Shown here one piece after another: positions 9,372 to 19,692 of a stretch of 64,000 bases of DNA. The first letter of the stretch is position 1. Each line of letters starts with the position of its first letter. This stretch comes from Candidatus Margulisbacteria bacterium GWF2_35_9 (lineage in GTDB: Bacteria > Margulisbacteria > Riflemargulisbacteria > GWF2-35-9), in contig MFRH01000061.1 in NCBI GenBank assembly GCA_001783275.1, forward strand, positions 11,524 through 75,523, written 5' to 3'. Under the pieces are notes generated by a model. The model did not search any database. It was not told the DNA's origin and worked only from the letters and a program-made list of their open reading frames with translations. The position numbers and the translations under genes were made by a program.

Positions 9372-10538
9372 ATGATAATAAGAGAACTTAGAAATAACGA
9401 AAAATATAAAAGAGATATGCTGTTTTCTGTTTCATTCGGGATGAAAGCTGATATTGAAAAATCAAAAACTGAAGAAATGAATTTAATTGATGAGGTTTTT
9501 ATCGGTGCGTTTTGCGATGACGATGAAACACTTATGGCTCAGGTTGCGGTTATTACATATAAGAGCATGTACTACGGAAATATTATGACAGCTTCAGGAA
9601 TTGCGGGTGTGTCTACTCTTCCAGAATACAGACGCTTAGGCTGTATTAGAGAAATATTCAAGTATATATTCGACAGCGATAAAATGCAAAAGTGGGATAC
9701 AAGCTTATTATATCCGTTTTCTTTCAGATATTATCGTAAATTCGGTTTCGAGAGGATTTTGCAGCATAAAACAATAAAAGTTCCTTTTTCTGCGTTAGCG
9801 GTAATTCCCAGAAACGACAAGGGTGTTTTGTATCAAAGCAAAGACCAGCTGCCAGAGTTGCTTGAGCTATATAATAACTTCGGAAAAAAGTTTAACGCTT
9901 TCTTTTACAGAGAGGGCGGAAAATATTTCAACGAAACACCTTTTAAATCTGGAAAATATACATATATATGGTATGACGGAGGTAAACCCAGAGCATATGC
10001 TACAGGAATAGTCGAGGGTAGAACTCTAAATGTCTCTGAGCTTGTATGGTTAGACAAAGAAGCATTAATCGGAATTATCGGATTTTTGCGTATGTTTGAG
10101 GGGCAGCTTGATGATATTTTCTTTTCAACTCTTGACAAAAACAATCCGCTTGACCTCTTAATTGACTGTGACAGAAGCACATCTTTCGGTATGTATGACG
10201 GAGCAATGGGAAGGGCAGTTGATATTAAAAAGTGCCTTTCACTTTATCCGTTTCCAGGTGAAGAGGGTAGTGTTGTGATCGAGGTAACAGAAGATTTTAT
10301 AAAAGAAAACAACGGTTTTTATCATGTTAAATTTGGAAACGGTGTGGTAAAAGTCTCTCATAAAAAGACAGGAAAACCTGATATCTCAATATCAATATGC
10401 TCACTTTCTCGTCTTCTTTTCGGAGAAACAGAGCAAAAAAGTATAGAATATCTGCCTGAAACAGTTATACACACAGATAAGGAAAAAATAAAAAACATAT
10501 TTAAACCTACCGACGTAAATCTTTTCGAGCGTTTTTAA
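9372..10538 (+). CDS. GNAT family N-acetyltransferase, Eis-like architecture (GNAT + SCP2-like C-terminus)
   Basis: Size (388 aa) and motifs resemble Eis/UPF0256. The 1-nt gap to the upstream regulator gene suggests an operon. Confidence 0.55.
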   Translation: MIIRELRNNEKYKRDMLFSVSFGMKADIEKSKTEEMNLIDEVFIGAFCDDDETLMAQVAVITYKSMYYGNIMTASGIAGVSTLPEYRRLGCIREIFKYIFDSDKMQKWDTSLLYPFSFRYYRKFGFERILQHKTIKVPFSALAVIPRNDKGVLYQSKDQLPELLELYNNFGKKFNAFFYREGGKYFNETPFKSGKYTYIWYDGGKPRAYATGIVEGRTLNVSELVWLDKEALIGIIGFLRMFEGQLDDIFFSTLDKNNPLDLLIDCDRSTSFGMYDGAMGRAVDIKKCLSLYPFPGEEGSVVIEVTEDFIKENNGFYHVKFGNGVVKVSHKKTGKPDISISICSLSRLLFGETEQKSIEYLPETVIHTDKEKIKNIFKPTDVNLFERF

Positions 10539-10748
10539 ACAATAGCTTAATATATTCTTAAAATAATCTAAAACAAACTGTATATTGACTTTTTATAGGT
10601 CATGTGGTACACTTAACCAAACATAAATGCAATTTTTTGTTACTTTTAACATCAGATTTTTGTTATAGCCATTGCACCGACGGCAAAAGGGCATCGTATT
10701 ATATATGATTATCAGTGGTTAATATTGTCGGGGAAACGGATCTTTTAA

Positions 10749-12011
10749 ATGGAAATAATTCAACCGATAGAAAAAAGTATAGCGTTTATTTTTGCGATAT
10801 GCTATTTATATCAATTTTTCTATACTTTTTACATGTTGTTTTCTAACGAAAAACTACGTACTGTCGAGAACTTTAAAATGAATAAGTTTGGCATTATTAT
10901 TGCCGCAAGAAACGAACAAAATGTTATCGGTCATTTAATTGATTCATTACATAATCAGACATATCCAAAGGAACTTTTAAAAATTTTTATTATCGCAGAC
11001 AACTGTACCGACAATACCGCACAGGTATGTGCGGAAAAGGGTGCAATAGTTTACGAACGTTTTAATGATAAGCTTGTAGGCAAAGGTTATGCTCTTGATT
11101 ATCTTTTTAAGGACCTTATTGAAAAAAATGATGATTGTGACGGCTATATTATTTTCGATGCCGACAACCTTGTTGAAAAAAATTATATTGTTGAGATGAA
11201 CAAGACCTTTAACCTCGGTTATAAAGCTATAACCAGTTACCGCAACTCGAAAAATTACGGAACCAACTGGGTATCGGCAGGCTATTCACTCTGGTTTTTA
11301 CGCGAGTCAAAATATTTGAATAATGCTCGTATGCGTCTTAATACAAGCTGTGCCATTTCGGGGACAGGCTTTTGCCTTAACAAACAGACTGTTTTGGATA
11401 ACGAAGGCTGGCCGTTCCATCTTCTTACAGAAGATATTGAATTTTCAATAGATACGGTTGTAAAAGGCGGTAAGATTGGTTATTGTGCCGATGCTTGTGT
11501 TTTTGACGAGCAGCCAATTACTTTTGCACAATCATGGAAACAACGTTTGCGTTGGTCAAAGGGATTTTATCAAGTGCTTGGAAAATACGGTACATCACTG
11601 GTGAAAAATATTTTCAGTCGTCATTTTTCCTTCTCCTCTTTTGATATGCTGATGACAATTTTTCCTGCTATATTCCTGACTGTATTAAGCATTTTATTGA
11701 ATTTTACAAAAATTATTTACGGTGCTATTAATAAAGATGAGTCGACAATGTTTGTTGATGGTATCACCTCATTGGGACAATTTATCGCTCTAGGTTATCT
11801 TTTGCTGTTCTTTGTGGGCTTTATAACAACAATTACCGAATGGAGAGAGATAAATACCTCAACCTTTAAAAAGCTTATTTATATGTTTACCTTCCCGTTT
11901 TTTATACTTACATACATACCGATTTCAATAACTGCTATTTTCAAAAAGGTCGAGTGGGTTCCGATCGAACATACTATAGTAACCACGATTGACCAATTTC
12001 AGGAAAAATAA
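10749..12011 (+). CDS. family 2 glycosyltransferase, membrane-embedded (processive synthase-like)
   Basis: IIAARNE...DADN and QxxRW-like (QRLRWSKG) motifs with flanking TM helices. Confidence 0.75.
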   Translation: MEIIQPIEKSIAFIFAICYLYQFFYTFYMLFSNEKLRTVENFKMNKFGIIIAARNEQNVIGHLIDSLHNQTYPKELLKIFIIADNCTDNTAQVCAEKGAIVYERFNDKLVGKGYALDYLFKDLIEKNDDCDGYIIFDADNLVEKNYIVEMNKTFNLGYKAITSYRNSKNYGTNWVSAGYSLWFLRESKYLNNARMRLNTSCAISGTGFCLNKQTVLDNEGWPFHLLTEDIEFSIDTVVKGGKIGYCADACVFDEQPITFAQSWKQRLRWSKGFYQVLGKYGTSLVKNIFSRHFSFSSFDMLMTIFPAIFLTVLSILLNFTKIIYGAINKDESTMFVDGITSLGQFIALGYLLLFFVGFITTITEWREINTSTFKKLIYMFTFPFFILTYIPISITAIFKKVEWVPIEHTIVTTIDQFQEK

Positions 12012-12034
12012 GATTAATAAAAAACACATAAAGA

Positions 12035-12080
12035 AGAGCATATACAAATCCAAAATGGTTTTTGTATATGCTCTTTTTAT
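12035..12080. terminator. bidirectional terminator
   Basis: agagcatatacaaa...tttgtatatgctct hairpin followed by a T-run, between convergent genes. Confidence 0.5.
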
Positions 12081-12210
12081 ACTAATTAAAATTAGAAACA
12101 ATGATAAATTCGAGGAAAAGTCTCTATTAAGCGGCAATTTTGCTGCATTAATTATATATAGGACATTTTTGAAGAATTTTTCTTACTGTTTCTTAAGAGA
12201 ATTAGTATTA

Positions 12211-12786
12211 TTATTTCTTTTTCATTATACCAGAATAATTATATATATAGTCGTCGCACATTTTACGCATTTCTGGCATATAGTCTTTGCTGGTAATATC
12301 ATAAACACCAACAACACAAAACCCGGCCAATTTTGCGGTTTTTGCGCTCTGGGGCATGTCCTCAAAAACAACAACATCCTGGGCTTTGCATCCTAAACGC
12401 TCGGTAGCTATATAATAAATATCCGGACTGGATTTGGGAACACCTATTTCCTCGCAGTCTATGTAAAATTCATACATACTGTCAAAACCGAACTTTTTAA
12501 GCATTGGTTCTGCGATTTTAAAAGGTGTATTGGTCGCAATGCAAAAAGGTATTTTTGCTTCCTTAAGCTGCATGCATAATTCCAGTGCATACGGTTTTGG
12601 AATTATACTTTCGGTATATTTCTGCTTAATTATTTTATTGCGTTCTTCAGACGAAGAAATAGCCCACAGTTCTTTTGAATACCAAAATTCCATAGAGTCG
12701 ACGAGTGTGCCGTCCATATCAAAAATAATTGCTTTTTTATCTGCAAGATATTGTTTTGTATCGTTAAAAACATCGAAAAAATTCAT
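12211..12786 (-). CDS. HAD family hydrolase (beta-phosphoglucomutase-like phosphatase)
   Basis: FDMDGTLVDS motif I plus later HAD motifs. Confidence 0.8.
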   Translation of the reverse strand: MNFFDVFNDTKQYLADKKAIIFDMDGTLVDSMEFWYSKELWAISSSEERNKIIKQKYTESIIPKPYALELCMQLKEAKIPFCIATNTPFKIAEPMLKKFGFDSMYEFYIDCEEIGVPKSSPDIYYIATERLGCKAQDVVVFEDMPQSAKTAKLAGFCVVGVYDITSKDYMPEMRKMCDDYIYNYSGIMKKK

Positions 12787-12942
12787 TGAATTTCCTTTCT
12801 AAACCTGAGTTTAATACATATCAGTGAGTTTTTTATTTATTAGATTTTACATTAAAATATAAGAAAAATCAATAAGTGTAGAAAATAAAACTAATTTCGT
12901 ATTGAAAAAATAATTAATGTATGCAAAAATACAATTATTCTC

Positions 12943-12971
12943 TTGAAAATAATGTAAATTAATGATATAAT
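12943..12971 (+). promoter_or_regulatory. sigma-A type promoter for asnS
   Basis: TTGAAA-17 nt-TATAAT. Confidence 0.4.
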
Positions 12972-13018
12972 GTTATCTTGTATAATAATACACACAAACT
13001 GAGAAGGGCTAGATAATT

Positions 13019-14425
13019 ATGTCAATAAAAAGAGAACTAACAAGCATCAGGGAATTATATTCTGATTTGAAAAACTATGATGGTAAAGAGATTAAGGTGG
13101 GCGGTTGGGTCCGTTCAATAAGAAGCTCTAACATTTTTGGTTTTATCGAGCTTAATGACGGAACTTACTTCAAGAATGTACAAATTGTTTTTGAGGAACA
13201 AAATATAGATAATTACAATTTAATCACAAAGCAAAATACAGGTGCGTCGCTTTCTATAACCGGAACTTTTGTATTGACACCAGAGGCTAAACAGCCTTTT
13301 GAAATAAAAGCAACGGCAATTGAGGTATGCGGTACTTCAACACCGGATTATCCTCTTCAGCCAAAAAAACATTCGCTTGAATTTTTGCGTTCTATAGCAC
13401 ATCTTCGTCCGAGAGCGAATACTTTCAATGCTGTTTTCAGAGTGCGTTCATGTGCCGCCCAGGCGATACACCGCTTTTTTGCAGAAAAGGGTTTTGTTTA
13501 TGTAAACACACCGATCGTAACTGCCAGCGACTGCGAGGGTGCAGGCGAGATGTTCAAGGTAACTACCCTTGATATAGGTAATCCGCCCAAGACAAAGGAT
13601 GGTCAGGTTGATTATTCTAAGGATTTTTTTGCGGCAGCAGCAAACCTTACCGTTTCCGGACAGCTTGAGGCGGAATGTTTTGCTACAGCTTTTTCGAACG
13701 TTTACACCTTTGGACCTACCTTCCGTGCAGAAAATTCCAATACCTCACGACATGCAGCAGAATTCTGGATGATTGAGCCAGAGATAGCTTTTGCTGATCT
13801 TGAGGATGATATGATGTTGGCAGAAGAAATGACTAAATATACGATAAGTTATGTTTTGGAAACCTGCCCTGCAGAGATAGAATTCTTCAATAAATTTATT
13901 GATAATACACTTGCAAATCGTTTAAATGAATTAGTAAACAGCGATTTTGGCAGAGTAACCTATACAGAGGCTATCCGTCTTTTAAAAGAAAGCGGTCAGC
14001 AGTTTGAGTATCCTGTTGAATGGGGCTGTGATCTGCAGACAGAACATGAGCGTTATATAACCGAGAAGCTTTTCGGAAAGCCTGTTTTTGTAACCGATTA
14101 TCCTAAAGAGATAAAAGCGTTTTATATGCGTATGAACGAAGACGGAAAAACAGTTGCGGCAACGGATATGCTTGTTCCGGGAATCGGAGAACTAATCGGT
14201 GGCTCACAACGCGAAGAGAGACTTGAGGTTCTTGAAAAAAGGCTGGATGAGCTTGGACTTAACAAAGAAGATTATTGGTGGTATCTGGAGCTGCGTAAAT
14301 ACGGCAGCGTAAAGCACGCAGGCTATGGACTTGGTTTTGAACGTCTTATTATGTACATTACCGGAATGACAAACATCCGTGATGTAGAGGCGTTCCCGAG
14401 AACTGTAGGCAGTGCGGAATTTTAA
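13019..14425 (+). CDS. asnS: asparagine--tRNA ligase
   Basis: Class II aaRS motifs ([21 protein letters not shown]) and a 468-aa AsnRS-like length. Confidence 0.9.
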   Translation: MSIKRELTSIRELYSDLKNYDGKEIKVGGWVRSIRSSNIFGFIELNDGTYFKNVQIVFEEQNIDNYNLITKQNTGASLSITGTFVLTPEAKQPFEIKATAIEVCGTSTPDYPLQPKKHSLEFLRSIAHLRPRANTFNAVFRVRSCAAQAIHRFFAEKGFVYVNTPIVTASDCEGAGEMFKVTTLDIGNPPKTKDGQVDYSKDFFAAAANLTVSGQLEAECFATAFSNVYTFGPTFRAENSNTSRHAAEFWMIEPEIAFADLEDDMMLAEEMTKYTISYVLETCPAEIEFFNKFIDNTLANRLNELVNSDFGRVTYTEAIRLLKESGQQFEYPVEWGCDLQTEHERYITEKLFGKPVFVTDYPKEIKAFYMRMNEDGKTVAATDMLVPGIGELIGGSQREERLEVLEKRLDELGLNKEDYWWYLELRKYGSVKHAGYGLGFERLIMYITGMTNIRDVEAFPRTVGSAEF

Positions 14426-14454
14426 TTAAAAAAATTAAAAATACAGGAGATTTT

Positions 14455-15705
14455 ATGAAGAATTTTAATCAGATTGTAGCGGAATACAACGAATTTAAGG
14501 CAAGGGGATTAAAGCTCGATATGTCGAGAGGAAAACCTGCCGCTGACCAGCTTAACACGGTTGAAAAATTATTGAATGTTGTTACAAAAAACAGCGAATG
14601 CTTTTCAGAAAACGGTACCGATTGCCGTAATTACGGTGTGCTTGACGGTATAAGTGAGATGAAACGTCTTTTTGCCGTTATACTCGGAGTAGAGGAAAAT
14701 GAAGTTTTGATAGGCGGAAACTCCAGCCTTAATCTTATGTTCGACGCTGTTTCACGTGCAGTGACACACGGTACCGAGGATGGTTGTAAACCCTGGTCAA
14801 AATACGAAAAGATATCCTTCCTTTGCCCTGTTCCTGGCTATGACAGACATTTTGCAATAACCGAATACTTTGGAATAAATATGATAAATGTTCCGATGAA
14901 TCCTGACGGACCGGACATGGATATGGTTGAAAAGCTGGTAAGTGAAGATGAAACTATAAAAGGCTGCTGGTGTGTTCCAAAATATTCTAATCCTACCGGA
15001 TATACTTTTTCCGATGAGGTTGTAACACGTTTTGCAAAGTTAAAGCCAAAAGCAAAGGATTTCAGAGTATTTTGGGATAATGCTTATGTTGTGCATGATT
15101 TGAAAGAAACACCAGATAAACTAAAAGAAATATTATCGGAAGCTAAAAAATACGGCAACGAAGACTTGTTTTATGAATTCGCTTCCACTTCAAAAATAAC
15201 CTATCCGGGTGCAGGTGTTGCCTGTATGGCTGCCTCTCGTAAAAATCTGGATAGAGTTATAAATTCTATGAAGTATCAGACAATCGGTCATGATAAAATT
15301 AATCAGTTAAGACATGCTAAGATTTTTAAGACCTACACTGATATTGAAGAACAGATGGCTATGCATATGGAGCTTATCCGCCCGAAATTTGAGATAATAT
15401 ATAAAATATTTGAGCAGGAGCTAGCAGAATACAGCGATATCAGCTGGACAAAACCCAATGGCGGATATTTCTTCAGCTTATTTCTTCCGAAAAACACCGC
15501 TAAAAGAGTGGTTCAGCTTGCTAAAGAAGCAGGGCTTGTAGTTACTCCTGCCGGAGCAACTCACCCTTACGGAAAAGACCCTGAGGATTCTATTATTCGC
15601 ATAGCACCGACTTTCCCAACAATTGTTGAACTTGAAACAGCTGCACCTCTTTTATGTTGCTGTATTAAATTTGCAATAGTTGAAAATATTACAAACAAAT
15701 CATAG
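14455..15705 (+). CDS. PLP-dependent aminotransferase, class I/II fold (aspartate-aminotransferase-like)
   Basis: Fold-level family resemblance over 416 aa. Substrate not assignable. Confidence 0.7.
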   Translation: MKNFNQIVAEYNEFKARGLKLDMSRGKPAADQLNTVEKLLNVVTKNSECFSENGTDCRNYGVLDGISEMKRLFAVILGVEENEVLIGGNSSLNLMFDAVSRAVTHGTEDGCKPWSKYEKISFLCPVPGYDRHFAITEYFGINMINVPMNPDGPDMDMVEKLVSEDETIKGCWCVPKYSNPTGYTFSDEVVTRFAKLKPKAKDFRVFWDNAYVVHDLKETPDKLKEILSEAKKYGNEDLFYEFASTSKITYPGAGVACMAASRKNLDRVINSMKYQTIGHDKINQLRHAKIFKTYTDIEEQMAMHMELIRPKFEIIYKIFEQELAEYSDISWTKPNGGYFFSLFLPKNTAKRVVQLAKEAGLVVTPAGATHPYGKDPEDSIIRIAPTFPTIVELETAAPLLCCCIKFAIVENITNKS

Positions 15706-15771
15706 AAAACCTTGCATTTAATTAGAAATTATGGTATAGTTTATATAATAAAAGATAGAAAGTGGATTAAT

Positions 15772-17286
15772 ATGCTATTTAAAAAGTCAATAATATTCCT
15801 TCTGGCTGTTTTATTGTTTTTGGTGTCTTTTCTTGTCTCCTGCGATGGCAATCCGAGTAATAAAAATACAGTAAGTGATTCATCGAATTTAATAAACAGT
15901 GGAGATGCAGGCTTTCCATACGACGATAATTTTGATGGACAAACAATAAGAATATTCTGCGTTAACACCGCAAGACATGTATATGGAGAATTACAGTTTG
16001 TACCTAATGAAGAAGCAACCACCAGCAGTGTGAGTGAAGCGGTTAAGATCAGAAATGATTATATTGAGGAGCATTACGGCCTTAATATTGAGGTTACGTC
16101 AGCTGCCTACCCTTCGGAGGAAGTGAAAGAATTGATTACCGCAGGTGCATGTGATTATGATATAGTTGTTGATTCTGTTGACAAGATGGTTACCAGCGTT
16201 ACCGATAATTACTATTGGTCACTTGATAATATTATTGATCTTGATAATCCGTGGTGGGATCAAAGTTCGATAAACAGCCTTACTCTTAATGACAAGCATT
16301 ACTTTGTTGCGGGTGACGCACTTATTACTGATGACGACAATATTTATCTCACTTTATTCAACAAGAAAATTTATAACGAAAACTCCGAATTACAAAACAA
16401 ATACGGTAATATTTATGACCTGGTTCGTGACGGTAAATTTACCTATGATGTTTTTCTTGAAATGAGCAAGTTAGTTTCGCACACTGACCAAAACGGACAA
16501 TGGGGCTTTTATGCTACATACGGTAACCTATCTCACTCTTACGGTTCTACAATAATGGTAAACGGTGCAGGTGTTGCACTCGCTGAAAAGATGGACGACG
16601 GAAGTGTCAAATTAAATCCCGGCACTGAAAATGCAGTCAATGTATTTGACAAAGTATATGAGATAATGTCTGATAAGACAGTTACTCAACGTGCCGAATT
16701 AATAATTGGTCAGGGAAGCGCAACAAGCAAATATGGCTTTACAGAGCTTCAGGCAATGTTTGAGGCAGGCAGAGGTTTGTTTTACAACACAACCAGTTCA
16801 TCGATAACAAGACTGAAAAATTCTCCCGCTATATTGGATTTCCAATTCGGGGTTCTTCCGATTCCGAAATTTAATGAGGAACAGGATAAGTATTATTGTT
16901 CGGTTAACAGATATCAATCATCTGTAATCGGTATTCCGACTACAAACATAGATAATAAAGAAGCGACAGCATTTTTGCTCGAAGCACTGGGATATTTCAG
17001 CGATGATGTAACAGAAGCTTATTTCGAAACAACTCTTAAGCTACAAGCAATTGAAGACGACGAAGATGCAAAAATGCTGGATTTAATCTACAATAATCGC
17101 TTTTATGATATTGGTGCAATATACAACTGGGGATCCTCTGTTAATCCGTCCCTGGTAGGGTTATACAGTTCGGTCATTGGAGACGATTCTACAAACACAT
17201 TAACTTCAAAGTGGGAATCAATCAAGGATGCAGTGGAAACTGATATGCTAAACACTATTGATGAATATAAGAATAATCTTACGTAA
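15772..17286 (+). CDS. secreted lipoprotein, solute-binding-protein-like
   Basis: Signal peptide plus lipobox LVSC. Start chosen at the Met preceding the signal peptide. Confidence 0.45.
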   Translation: MLFKKSIIFLLAVLLFLVSFLVSCDGNPSNKNTVSDSSNLINSGDAGFPYDDNFDGQTIRIFCVNTARHVYGELQFVPNEEATTSSVSEAVKIRNDYIEEHYGLNIEVTSAAYPSEEVKELITAGACDYDIVVDSVDKMVTSVTDNYYWSLDNIIDLDNPWWDQSSINSLTLNDKHYFVAGDALITDDDNIYLTLFNKKIYNENSELQNKYGNIYDLVRDGKFTYDVFLEMSKLVSHTDQNGQWGFYATYGNLSHSYGSTIMVNGAGVALAEKMDDGSVKLNPGTENAVNVFDKVYEIMSDKTVTQRAELIIGQGSATSKYGFTELQAMFEAGRGLFYNTTSSSITRLKNSPAILDFQFGVLPIPKFNEEQDKYYCSVNRYQSSVIGIPTTNIDNKEATAFLLEALGYFSDDVTEAYFETTLKLQAIEDDEDAKMLDLIYNNRFYDIGAIYNWGSSVNPSLVGLYSSVIGDDSTNTLTSKWESIKDAVETDMLNTIDEYKNNLT

Positions 17287-17302
17287 TAAGTGGGAGAATT
17301 AA

Positions 17303-19687
17303 ATGAAATTAAAAAAGAATATCTGCTTTATCTTGTTGTTTATTTTAATTGCGTCACCGTTATTAGCAATTAATGCTTCAGCAAGTGATACTAACCTGGC
17401 ACTTAATAAAACATATACATTTGAGTTTGACAGCCCAATCGAAAACGCATTTCCTTTAAAAGTTAATAAAGACGAAAGCATGAAGTTAACTGACGGAAAA
17501 AAAGCCCAAGCCGATACCAGTGATTCAAATTGGCTGAAATTTTACAGAGGTACAAAAATAACTCTTACACTTGATTTAGGTGAAGTTTACTCAGTTAAGA
17601 GTGTTAATCTGGGCCAACTGAACTTAAGTGCAGCCGGAATTTTTAGTACAAGGTATTTATATACTGCTGTATCCGAAGACGGTGAAAATTTCGGTACAGT
17701 CGGTTCTGTTATTGACGAGAAAACTATAACAAATACCGCAACCATAAAAGTAAATAGTAATATAACTTTTGACAGCTATTTCAAAGCACGTTATGTACGC
17801 TTTATATTCTCCAGTGACGTAAACACATGGTGTGACGAAATAGAGGTTTTCGGATCAACCGATGCAAGCCTTGGTGTTTCTGCTGCTATTGATGAAACAC
17901 CAAAAAATATTGATGCTTATCCCAACGATGTTGATGGCCTTAGAAATATAGTTCTAATGTACAGTAATAAGTATTATAAAGGTAATGTATCTGATGTTGG
18001 AATGAATACATTTGATGAAATATTGCCTTACTTTGCTTATGTTGATAAAAGCAAGAAAGTTATTGATACAATGTTTGATGGTATGTTATTCCTTCCGCTA
18101 ACACCTACGACTACACAAAGCACAGGTGAAGAGGAGTACGCATTTACTAAGAAAACAGGCTGGGAAATGTATCTTGAAAGCGTTATAGGACTCGGTGATA
18201 CAAATTATAACATTGCAGCTTTGAATGATATTGTCGGAGAGTATAAAACACAGTTGAATTTAGATGATGATTATAAATATCCGGTTTATATCTCTGTTCC
18301 ATATATAGAAAAGTCTACAATAGTATTTGGTAAAATTGATGGAAAATTAATAGATGCATCAACATTCGAAAACAGAGTAAAAATTGTTGAATGGTTTATT
18401 GATTATGTAATTTCTTCATTTAATAAAGCAGGATTCGAGAATATACAGCTTAACGGTATGTACTGGCAGCATGAGGTTGTTCCTTATAGTGTTTCCGAAT
18501 ATGAGGATGATTTAATAAAAGCATATAACGCTTATGTTCATGAAAAAGAATATTCATCTATCTGGATTCCTTATTATTGCGCACCGGGTTATGAAACATG
18601 GAAGGAACTTGGTTTCGACGCAGCAGTAGTACAGAATGCCTATTCATTTATCGAATACGAGGAAGGCAGTGAAACCGGACCGAAAAAACCCGGCACCGTA
18701 GACGATTCACTGATGCAAGCAAAAAAATACGGGATCGGAATGGAAATAGAATTAAGTGGGTACTTAAGAGACGGTAACGCAGAAGCGTATAACAGGCTCT
18801 ATAAAATTATACATTCTGCTTATACAGAGGGTTTGATGGAAAACGGTCTTGTTATGTATTATCAGGGCGGTGGTCCGGGTATATTATACAATTGTGCTTA
18901 TTCAAATAATTCTTCCGCCAGAAAAGCATATGATCTAATATATGATTATATAAAAAAGTCTTTTAGAACATATACTCCTGCTGTTGAGGAAAATCAATTC
19001 ATCATCGTCGAAAAGGATTCCAGTGCTAACGGAACTGTAAAAGTTGTTGACGAAGATACTTCAAAGAATCTTTTAAAAGTTGAAGTAATTACTGAACCTA
19101 AAAATACAAAAGTCACCTTTAGCGGTCAATTTTATTCTGTTGTTCCAAACGAAGGTTTCGTAGGACAGGATAGCTTCTCAATTAAGTTTAATGACGGTTA
19201 TAACATTTCTGAAGAAGCTACAATTAAAATTTATGTATCCGAAGAATTACTCAATATAAGATCAACTAATGGTACTTTAAAAGACAATACTGCGAATATA
19301 TATAATAAAGCAGGAAAACAAACCGAAACAGACAGTACGGCATTTGAAGTTGTTGTTGGTGCTGACGGGAAAATAATAAGTGTCGGCGGAAATAACAATA
19401 CTGTACCGGACGGTGGCTATATAATAGCTGCAAAAGGTGATGCTCAGACATATCTTAAAAACGCAGAAGTAAATATTGAAGTTTTATACGATAAGATTAC
19501 AGATTCAATTGTTTTTATCGGTTTTGAAGGAAGTGTGAATGTTGAATCAGAACCTTCTGAAAGTGAACCTATTGTTCAGGAAGACAGCGGCATCATAATT
19601 TGGATTATAATTGGTGCTTGTGTACTTATAGTTATAGTCATTGGAGCATTTATTATAAAAAAATCAAAAAATACAAAAGGAGAATAG
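17303..19687 (+). CDS. large surface protein with discoidin-like N-terminal domain and C-terminal TM anchor
   Basis: Signal peptide. Jelly-roll-like N-terminal region. C-terminal hydrophobic anchor followed by KKSKNTKGE. Confidence 0.45.
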   Translation: MKLKKNICFILLFILIASPLLAINASASDTNLALNKTYTFEFDSPIENAFPLKVNKDESMKLTDGKKAQADTSDSNWLKFYRGTKITLTLDLGEVYSVKSVNLGQLNLSAAGIFSTRYLYTAVSEDGENFGTVGSVIDEKTITNTATIKVNSNITFDSYFKARYVRFIFSSDVNTWCDEIEVFGSTDASLGVSAAIDETPKNIDAYPNDVDGLRNIVLMYSNKYYKGNVSDVGMNTFDEILPYFAYVDKSKKVIDTMFDGMLFLPLTPTTTQSTGEEEYAFTKKTGWEMYLESVIGLGDTNYNIAALNDIVGEYKTQLNLDDDYKYPVYISVPYIEKSTIVFGKIDGKLIDASTFENRVKIVEWFIDYVISSFNKAGFENIQLNGMYWQHEVVPYSVSEYEDDLIKAYNAYVHEKEYSSIWIPYYCAPGYETWKELGFDAAVVQNAYSFIEYEEGSETGPKKPGTVDDSLMQAKKYGIGMEIELSGYLRDGNAEAYNRLYKIIHSAYTEGLMENGLVMYYQGGGPGILYNCAYSNNSSARKAYDLIYDYIKKSFRTYTPAVEENQFIIVEKDSSANGTVKVVDEDTSKNLLKVEVITEPKNTKVTFSGQFYSVVPNEGFVGQDSFSIKFNDGYNISEEATIKIYVSEELLNIRSTNGTLKDNTANIYNKAGKQTETDSTAFEVVVGADGKIISVGGNNNTVPDGGYIIAAKGDAQTYLKNAEVNIEVLYDKITDSIVFIGFEGSVNVESEPSESEPIVQEDSGIIIWIIIGACVLIVIVIGAFIIKKSKNTKGE

Positions 19688-19692
19688 TAAGT

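Noticed and set aside
12787-13018. Looked for a T-box leader upstream of asnS (and upstream of cysE at 22745-22824)
   Set aside because: The regions are AT-rich and short, with no specifier or antiterminator 'AATTAGGGTGG'-type core. Only a sigma-A promoter is evident.
19600-19692. ORF-track start at 19600 overlapping the 3' end of the upstream 794-aa gene
   Set aside because: No SD. The lipoprotein signal peptide begins at the Met at 19693, which has AAAGGAG upstream.
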